The translations under genes and the position numbers were made by a program. 34,280 nt of DNA, from the NCBI GenBank assembly GCA_964611355.1, contig CAZSYD010000025.1, forward strand, positions 1 through 34,280. The letters are read 5' to 3'. How positions within the stretch are numbered: the first letter of the stretch is position 1; every line of letters starts with the position of its first letter. Positions 27,362 through 34,280 of this stretch are shown piece by piece. Source of the stretch: an uncultured Ignavibacteriales bacterium. Its GTDB lineage: Bacteria; Zixibacteria; MSB-5A5; GN15; JAAZOE01. The notes under the pieces were generated by a model. It saw only the letters and a program-made list of their open reading frames with translations, was not told the DNA's origin and ran no database searches.

Positions 27362-27565
27362 ATGGATTGCAAACAGGAACAAAATATGAAAAAATGCAAT
27401 TGCACCTATGAGCCGTGCTCCCACAAGGGTATATGCTGCGATTGTATAAGCTATCATCTGAAAAGCCGGGAACTTCCGGCCTGCTGTTTTCCCGATGACG
27501 CCGAACGGACATTTGATCGGTCATTCGAGCATTTTGCCCGGCTGGTCGCTCAAAAAAAATTGTAG
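27362..27565 (+). CDS. Small Cys-rich protein (DUF6485-like)
   Basis: MDC..CNCTYEPC..KGICCDCISYH..ELPACCF, 9 Cys in 67 aa. Confidence 0.8.
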   Translation: MDCKQEQNMKKCNCTYEPCSHKGICCDCISYHLKSRELPACCFPDDAERTFDRSFEHFARLVAQKKL

Positions 27566-27714
27566 GGCGTAATGATCACACGGATCGGGAAACAGGACCT
27601 ACCTTGCCAAGACTAAAAAACGCTTGAGAATATAAAATCTGTTCCATATATTTAATCGCTGGCGAAAACTTTTGGATAAGTCCCGGAAAGTATGTAACCT
27701 GAAGGGTAAAAATT

Positions 27715-28854
27715 ATGAATTTAACAAGAGCTTCCATGTTATTGCTGTCGGCCATGCTGATTCTGTCATGTGGCGGCGATGATAGCGGCACCAACAGTGG
27801 AAACGGCAGTACGCCCGTTCAAAGCAGCATTGGCCCTGAAGGCGGGACGATCGAGATGACCGGAAAGGCGTCTCTGACGGTTCCGGCGGGTGCTCTTTCG
27901 GATACGGTGGATTTTAGTATCGAAATTAACGGTTCGCCCGATCCGCCGGGCGGATCGATGGGTTTCGTATCTTCCGCGTACACGATTGAACCGACGGGCA
28001 CTCAGTTTTCCACGCCTGCCGTTGTCAGGATAAACTATAACGAACAGGATCTCGGCGGCGGCGATGAGGATTCGGTCAAAATTTATACCAATGATGGCTC
28101 CGCCTGGGATCCCCTTTCCACGACCGTCAATGAAGTTACGAATCAAGCCACAACCGAGGTAACTCATCTTTCCGATTTCGCGGTAATGGTGGATACAACA
28201 TCATCTGTCAGTGAGGGGGTTTTTGCGGCCCTCGCCGTTGGCAGATCAATCATGGTTTTTGAAAAAAGTCCGAAGAGTATTCCATCCCGCATGGATGTTA
28301 TTGTGGCGCGATTTGACAGCACCTATGCCCCGTGCAGTCCGATTACGCCGTTGCAGGCGAATTCGGTAACCTGCAACGAGTACACTCTCACCTGGCAGTC
28401 GGTGTCGAACTTATACAGCTATTCGGATTGCATGAACCCGGAATTTATTGACCTGGGAGAAAAATATAGATTTAACGTTGTGGGCGGTGGTGCCGTCCCT
28501 TCCCTGGTTGATTCAATCGATTTCCCGACACTGGAGCCTTACATAACTGACCCGAGTATGAATGCCATATTGTCTCTTTCCGGATTCAGCGTTACCTGGA
28601 CAGGCACCGGCGACGGGGAAGTATATCTCATCCTGGTGGAGGAATCGGGGCAGGGAGATTCCTCTCTCTTTATTCAGACGCCGAATAACGGCAGTTATAC
28701 GTTCTCCGCGGCCCAGCTCAGCGGACTTGCGGCAGGTGAGTACGGAATGGTAATGGTCTATGAAAACTGGGATTATATAAATGTTGCCGGTTTTGATTCA
28801 CGGAGTTTCATCAGGGCAAGGGTGATTAATACGACGCTGATTGTACTTCAGTGA
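27715..28854 (+). CDS. Lipoprotein with ZU5-like and beta-rich domains
   Basis: Lipobox LILS-C. IGPEGGTI..LTVPAGAL..IEPTG..F..P..THLSDF is a ZU5-like pattern. Confidence 0.75.
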   Translation: MNLTRASMLLLSAMLILSCGGDDSGTNSGNGSTPVQSSIGPEGGTIEMTGKASLTVPAGALSDTVDFSIEINGSPDPPGGSMGFVSSAYTIEPTGTQFSTPAVVRINYNEQDLGGGDEDSVKIYTNDGSAWDPLSTTVNEVTNQATTEVTHLSDFAVMVDTTSSVSEGVFAALAVGRSIMVFEKSPKSIPSRMDVIVARFDSTYAPCSPITPLQANSVTCNEYTLTWQSVSNLYSYSDCMNPEFIDLGEKYRFNVVGGGAVPSLVDSIDFPTLEPYITDPSMNAILSLSGFSVTWTGTGDGEVYLILVEESGQGDSSLFIQTPNNGSYTFSAAQLSGLAAGEYGMVMVYENWDYINVAGFDSRSFIRARVINTTLIVLQ

Positions 28855-28944
28855 CGATAGATCCCGAATGCGGCAGGAGCTCGGTTGTTGCAGACTATCT
28901 CTTTGGTTTGATTGTCATATTTACCGGCCTGAGAGTAAATTAGC

Positions 28945-28972
28945 TTGACAGTATGACGATTTTGGATAAGTT
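28945..28972 (+). promoter_or_regulatory. Sigma70-like promoter for tRNA-Thr/Tyr
   Basis: TTGACA-N16-TAAGTT just upstream of the tRNA. Confidence 0.5.
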
Positions 28973-28989
28973 AATATGCTGTTATAAAA

Positions 28990-29062
28990 GCCGGCGTAAC
29001 TCAGTTGGTAGAGTAGCTGATTTGTAATCAGCCTGTCGGGGGTTCAAATCCTCTCGCCGGCT
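28990..29062 (+). tRNA. tRNA-Thr (TGT)
   Basis: Acceptor stem GCCGGCG/CGCCGGC, anticodon arm GCTGA-TT TGT AA-TCAGC, T-loop TTCAAAT. CCA not encoded. Confidence 0.96.
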
Positions 29063-29102
29063 AATTGAAAAGGCACTTACGGACGATGATATAGAAAAAC
29101 CA

Positions 29103-29187
29103 GGAGGGGTTCCCGAGCGGCCAAAGGGAACAGACTGTAAATCTGTCGGCGAAGCCTTCGGAGGTTCGAATCCTCCCCCCTCCACCA
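29103..29187 (+). tRNA. tRNA-Tyr (GTA)
   Basis: Acceptor stem GGAGGGG/CCCCTCC, anticodon arm ACAGA-CT GTA AA-TCTGT, long variable arm, CCA encoded. Confidence 0.97.
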
Positions 29188-29503
29188 TAACCTGTCCCCG
29201 GGCGTTTTATTATCCCCTTTTTCCTACCCAGTCGGCGATCCGGACTGTATATTCTTAGCCATGCCGGAAATCGATTTGACAGGTGCTGAAGCACTGTGAA
29301 GCATCGGATTCTATGTTATACTAACGTCCGGAACCTCGATTGAAACAATACCGGATCAATTATCGAATAATAAGGGAATGTTGGCAACCACCGGCAGGTT
29401 CAGAGGCTTTGCGAGATAATTACAAATTGCGATGTTATCCTCTGACAACAATTGATTTTAACGGACAAACAGGCGTTCGGACGCCGGGGAAGTCTAAAAC
29501 GGA

Positions 29504-30862
29504 TTGAAACCGCTCGCGCCGAAAGATCACACCGAAGGATCAATAATAAAATCGATTCTCAATATGGGCCTGCCGTCGATGGTCGGTTTTGGCATAGGCA
29601 ATATCTACGATTTGATCGATATGTACTGGCTCTCCCGGCTGGGACCGGAACCGGTGGCGGCCATCACCATCCTCGGCCCTTTCCTGTGGGTGATGTTTTC
29701 GGCCAATCAGGTGGTTGGAGTCGGTTCGGTGGCCGTCATTTCTCGCCGCTACGGCGAAAAAGAACGCCTGAAAACCGAACTGGCCATCAAGGAAACCGTT
29801 CTTCTGAAATGGCTGGCGGCGATATTGTTTGGAGCATTTGGTTTTCTCATTGCGCCGTTTATGTTGAAACTTCTCGGGGCGAAAGGGGAGGTACTCAGCC
29901 AGGGCATAACTTACAGCCGGATAATCTTTGCCGGATTGGGATTCAATTTTGCCACTTATTCGGTCTTTACGGCTCTCAGAGGAGTCGCCAATCCAAATAA
30001 GGCCATGTTTCTCATGATATCTTTGAGTGTTCTAAACCTTATCCTTGATCCTTTCCTGATTTTCGGCTGGTGGATATTCCCCCGGATGGGTATTGCCGGC
30101 GCCGCCTGGGCGTCGGTTATATCGTACATGGTCGCTTTTACGACCGGCATGATTATTTTTTATACCGGCGGCGCCAATGTTCGTCTTCATTTTCGCGGTA
30201 CCGGCCGGGTGGGCTGGTCAACCATGTGGCAGATGCTTAAAATAGGCGTTCCATCCGCGATTGGTTCCATATCGTTTTCCATGGCGCGGCTTGTGATTAT
30301 GCCGATGATCTCGTTTTTCGGCATGGGCGTGGTCGCCGCTTACGGCGTCAGCCAGCGGGTAGCGGCACTGGGGATAATGCTTCTGGTCGGAATCGGGCTG
30401 GGGATGTCGGCGCTGATCGGGCATAACCTGGGAGCGCGCAAATTGGAACGAGCACGGAAAACCGCCAACCAGTCGCTTGTGCTGGGAGTCGGAATAAAGG
30501 CGGTTATCGGAATCATCACCTTCGTCTTTGCCGGCTTGATTATGAATTTGTTTTTTGACGATCAGGAGATAATCGGATACGGGATAACCATGCTGAAGAT
30601 TTTTGCCGTCGGGCTTCCGTTTCTCGGCCTGTTTATTATGATTGAAAACGTCTATACCGGCGCGGGCGAAAACCGTCCGGCCATGTTTTTCAATATCTTT
30701 CACGCCTGGATTTTGGAAGTGCCGGCGGTATATGTTACCACGCAGATTCTCGGCTTAAGTCAGGATGCCGTCTGGTGGTCGATAACCGGCGCTACCGTGA
30801 TTTCAGCCACAGCTTATTATCTTTACTTCCGAAAAGGGGGTTGGCTACAGGTGAAGGTCTGA
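29504..30862 (+). CDS. MATE family efflux transporter
   Basis: About 12 TM with internal duplication. TEGSI, LRGVA..LNLILDPFLIFG..MGIAGAAWAS and IGHNLGA motifs. Confidence 0.93.
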   Translation: MKPLAPKDHTEGSIIKSILNMGLPSMVGFGIGNIYDLIDMYWLSRLGPEPVAAITILGPFLWVMFSANQVVGVGSVAVISRRYGEKERLKTELAIKETVLLKWLAAILFGAFGFLIAPFMLKLLGAKGEVLSQGITYSRIIFAGLGFNFATYSVFTALRGVANPNKAMFLMISLSVLNLILDPFLIFGWWIFPRMGIAGAAWASVISYMVAFTTGMIIFYTGGANVRLHFRGTGRVGWSTMWQMLKIGVPSAIGSISFSMARLVIMPMISFFGMGVVAAYGVSQRVAALGIMLLVGIGLGMSALIGHNLGARKLERARKTANQSLVLGVGIKAVIGIITFVFAGLIMNLFFDDQEIIGYGITMLKIFAVGLPFLGLFIMIENVYTGAGENRPAMFFNIFHAWILEVPAVYVTTQILGLSQDAVWWSITGATVISATAYYLYFRKGGWLQVKV

Positions 30863-30930
30863 AACGATAGGAAGTTTAAACTTCCGAGCCGGTTATTATA
30901 CAAAACCCTGCCGTTATCGACCGGTGCGCA

Positions 30931-32387
30931 TTAAGCCATAGAGACAAACTTCTTTTTATCCAACTCCTGTCGAACAGCCTGAGCGATCGACTTGAATGTC
31001 AGAGGCTTCCTGACGAACGCCCCGGCGCCCAGTTTTAGAACTTCGTGCACACGCTCGCTTTCGGCGTATCCGGATACGATTATTGCCTTCTGGGATGGGT
31101 TGATTTCAAGCACTTTTCTATATGTTTGGCCGCCATCAATCCCGCCGGGCATAATCATATCCAGAACCATCAGATCGACCGGCTTATGGCCGATATATTC
31201 GACGGCCTGCTCGCCGCTTTCAACCGTTTCCACCGTATAACCGAGTTTTTTCAGAAGGTTGCGGGCGACGTCCCTTTGTTGCGGATCATCGTCAACCACA
31301 AGGATGTTTTCGTCCCCGCCAATGATTTCGGCCGCTGTCGAAGGTTTTATGTCTTCCCCTGTAATGGGGAAATACAAGTAGAACGAGGTCCCTATACCGG
31401 GGACGCTTTCGCAGTCAATATAGCCGCCATGATCCTCCATGACGGCGTGCGTGATACTGAGGCCGAGGCCCGAACCTCTCTTTCTGTCTGTCTTCTTGGT
31501 GGTGAAGAAAGGATCGAAAATCTTGTTGAGAATATCCGCCGGAATGCCGCAGCCGGTATCCGAGACGGTGAGCTTTACGTACTCTCCCGTTGGAATCATC
31601 ACCAGCTTATAGTACGGTTCGTCAAGGTAATAATTCTCCGTCCTGATTGTCAGTTGTCCCACATTCTGCATGGCATCGCAGGCATTGGCGATCATGTTGC
31701 TGACAACCCGTAATATCTGGGATTCGCCGCCGCTAATGTTAAGCAGATTCGGGTTGAGATGTTTTTCGATTATCAGGGTCTCAGGAACGGGCCGAATCTG
31801 CCTTATGGCCTGTTCGGCGACCTCGTTCAGGTTCATCGGTTCAAGATTATAATGCCCTCGTCTTCCGAGGGTTAGAAGCTGCTGGTTAATCTCGGCCAAC
31901 TGCGTGGCCGCTTTTTCCATATCCTTGACCATCTGATAAATGGGGTTGTCGTCAGCGAGGTTCTCCATTATCAATTCCGGATATGCTATAAGCGGCCCGA
32001 GCAGGTTGTTGAAATCGTGAGCCACCTGTCCTGCTATCGTACCGGCCGCTTCCAGTCTTTGGGCACGCTCGGCAAGTTCCTGTAGCCGTTTTAATTCGGT
32101 AATATCGGTTGCTGTGGCAGCAATAAATATGACTTGGCCGCTTTTATCTTTAATGGTCATCCCGTTCATGAGCGTTGGGAATACAGATCCGTCTCTGTGC
32201 TTGTGCCACACCTCGATGGAATTGTAACTGCCGTTTTTCTTAAGTTCCTCATTTATTTTTCTGACGCTTTTTCCCTGCTTTTCAGTATGAAAAATACTTA
32301 AGTTTTGGCCGACAAGTTTCTCTGGCTTATAGCCATGCATACCGGCAAAACATTCGTTTATGTATGTTATATTACCGTTAGGGTCCG
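30931..32387 (-). CDS. Hybrid sensor histidine kinase, C-terminal part (PAS-HisKA-HATPase-REC)
   Basis: Frame stays open up to the gap (DPNGNITYINECFAGMHGY, PAS). H-box AHDFNNLL, DTGCGI, FDPFFTTK, GSGLGL, and receiver VVDDD..LDMIMP..KP. Confidence 0.92.
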
Positions 32388-32487
32388 NNNNNNNNNNNNN
32401 NNNNNNNNNNNNNNNNNNNNNNNNNNNNNNNNNNNNNNNNNNNNNNNNNNNNNNNNNNNNNNNNNNNNNNNNNNNNNNNNNNNNNNN
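32388..32487. other. Assembly gap (100 N) with no flank overlap
   Basis: N run within the PAS region. True length unknown. Confidence 0.95.
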
Positions 32488-34076
32488 TCTGCCTGCTTAC
32501 GCTCGGTGACGTCGGTGATGACGGAGGTAAATCCGATTACGCGACCTCCACTATTCCGTTTGTAGTTCCAGTCAACATGTTGATCGATGATTTTGCCGCT
32601 CTTTGTTCGATTCTTTTGCGTATAAGTGGTTGGCGGGGGCTGATCCTTGACCAGCATCGGCAGATAGGCGCGCAGTTTTTCACGCGCCTCGTCGGAGTCA
32701 AGTAAATCCAGAGTGGATTTTCCCAGCAATTCTTCCTCGGTATAACCGAGCATTTTCTGATAAGCAGGATTACTGTATGTTATGATACCGGAAACATTGA
32801 TTTCCTCGATACCGTAAGGAATGCCTTCAACGAGCGTTCGATACTTCTCTTCGCTTTCCCGCAGCGTTTTTTCCATCCGTTTTCGCTGGGCCAGTTCCTT
32901 CCTCTTTCCGGCCAGGGATTCCTGCAGCCTCTGGTTGAGTCGTCGCGTATGAAATGCGAACAGGATGATTAGAATTATTAATATAGCAGCGCCCAGCAGC
33001 CAGGGCAAGTATTGCCGAATCACGTCTCGGAAAGTTACTTTGCCATAGTCTTTGTACGGACCGACGCGAAGGTGTTTCAGGCAATCGTGCACCGACTGGT
33101 AGTTATGAGGAATTGTCCAACCCGCGCATACCGCCGCATGGGCGGCCGGGTTGTCGGGAGACATATTCATCAGAGCAATGGCGACCTTTTCGGCCAGTTC
33201 GTCGGATGTATGCCTGACTTTGGCAAATGTCCATTCCGGGTATGAGGGGGTTGAATGCAGAAAAGGCAGGTGTACTTTTCCGCCGCCGTGTTCGTGAAAC
33301 ACATGGAAATCCTCAAGACGGATCTTACCTTCCATCGCCATTCGCTCAAGCGCATCGGTTCGGACGGTGCCGGCGTCAACCTTGCCGTCTCGCACAGCAT
33401 AAACGACCGCGTCATGGGTGCCCCCGAAACTGAGACCCGCGAAGTCGCGGTAGGGGTCGATCTCATGTTCTTTAAGCTCCCGCCATGCCATCAGCCATCC
33501 GCCGAACGACCCTTCTTCAACGGCCATGAAAGTTTTGCCTTTCAGGTCGGCAAGACGATCCATATCCTTGCGGTCAGCCCTGCGGAAAATTACTCCACCG
33601 AAGACCGCGTACGCTCCGCCGGGGCGCAGGTTTTTCAGCGTTACCATCCGGCTTGCGCCATAGAACCGTTCCAGTCCAACGTAAAAGGATGGATTGGTCA
33701 GGATGAAATCCACATCTTCCCGTTCAACGGCCTGATAGATTTTGTTAAAATCGAGCGGCTCAATCGTGAAGGAATAGCCGGGGATTTCGTTCGTCAGGTA
33801 CTCGGCTGTCGGCCCCCACTTCTGCAGACATCGCTCGACGCCGCGCGTGGCCAGAACGCCGATTTTGATGGATCGGGAAGCTCCCTGCGGGGCTCCGAAA
33901 GATTCCCCGGAAAGAAGCAATAACAGGCTGAATCCCAGAATGAATCCAGCCATTACGTAAAACCGGTTTTTACTTGAATCTCCTATTGCTTTTCCTTCTT
34001 CGTAATATCCGGCTGTTTGACTGGACAATGGAAATCTGCCCCCGAATTTCTTTATTTTTTCATATAATGCAGTCAT
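32488..34076 (-). CDS. Sensor kinase N-terminal part: TtrS-like PhnD/SsuA-type substrate-binding domain, TM helix and PAS
   Basis: IGVLATRG..W.P..YL..VDFILTNP..SFGGW..THDAVV..YPEW, then a TM helix and a PAS domain ending DVTERKQA at the gap. Start uncertain (34076 or 33953). Confidence 0.85.
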
Positions 34077-34195
34077 ATCTTCCGTTTGGCCGGGAATGCC
34101 GCGTCAACTCCAATGGTCAGCATTCATTCTTGTCTTATATCGACTATTATGTTCGTATATTAAGGCAAAAGCCGGGTCAATCGCACAATAGCCCC

Positions 34196-34224
34196 TTGCA
34201 TCCCTGATTTGAATATCGTAATTT
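34196..34224 (+). promoter_or_regulatory. Sigma70-like promoter for tRNA-Leu
   Basis: TTGCAT-N17-TAATTT upstream of the tRNA. Confidence 0.5.
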
Positions 34225-34241
34225 ATAACCTTGCAGATATC

Positions 34242-34280
34242 GCCGGAGTGGTGGAATTGGTAGACACCAGGGACTTAAAA
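34242..34280 (+). tRNA. tRNA-Leu (TAA), truncated by the window end
   Basis: GCCGGAGTGGTGGAATTGGTAGACACCAGGGACT-TAA-AA: Leu-type D arm and anticodon loop. Confidence 0.9.

Noticed and set aside
28982..29294. Minus-strand ORFs of 68 and 77 aa
   Set aside because: Antisense translations of the tRNA genes.
29380..29503. Riboswitch (e.g. guanidine-IV) upstream of the MATE gene, prompted by CCACCGG and a small GGCGT/ACGCC hairpin
   Set aside because: No terminator hairpin with a complementary loop, and no other recognisable aptamer consensus.

Overview
Bacterial chromosomal scaffold, probably a metagenome assembly (two 100-N gaps, roughly 50% GC). The lineage cannot be fixed from the sequence alone. 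Most of the window is housekeeping: hit-rpsU-yqeY-cvpA-mutS2-dnaG-(ASCH)-recN on the minus strand; yebC-ruvCAB-DUF2905-queA-ispDF-dedA-ddl-HAD-M42-cysS on the plus strand; tRNA-Thr, -Tyr and -Leu, a MATE pump and a TtrS-like hybrid kinase. The main accessory feature is a ~2.8 kb, partly AT-rich island (~5.4-8.2 kb) between recN and an ECF sigma operon. It encodes a candidate Thoeris-like anti-phage system with no ThsA: a 3-TM protein translationally coupled to a ThsB-like TIR, followed by a TIR-TIR fusion whose C-terminal domain is a ~70% identical copy of that TIR. Next comes an orphan membrane gene enclosed by two inverted copies of a REP-doublet-like element. Also notable: a histidine ammonia-lyase-family enzyme with an Ala-Cys-Gly (not Ala-Ser-Gly) MIO triad, a DEDDh exonuclease-WYL fusion and a candidate ~85-nt sRNA. 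The apparent recN frameshift is an assembly artefact.
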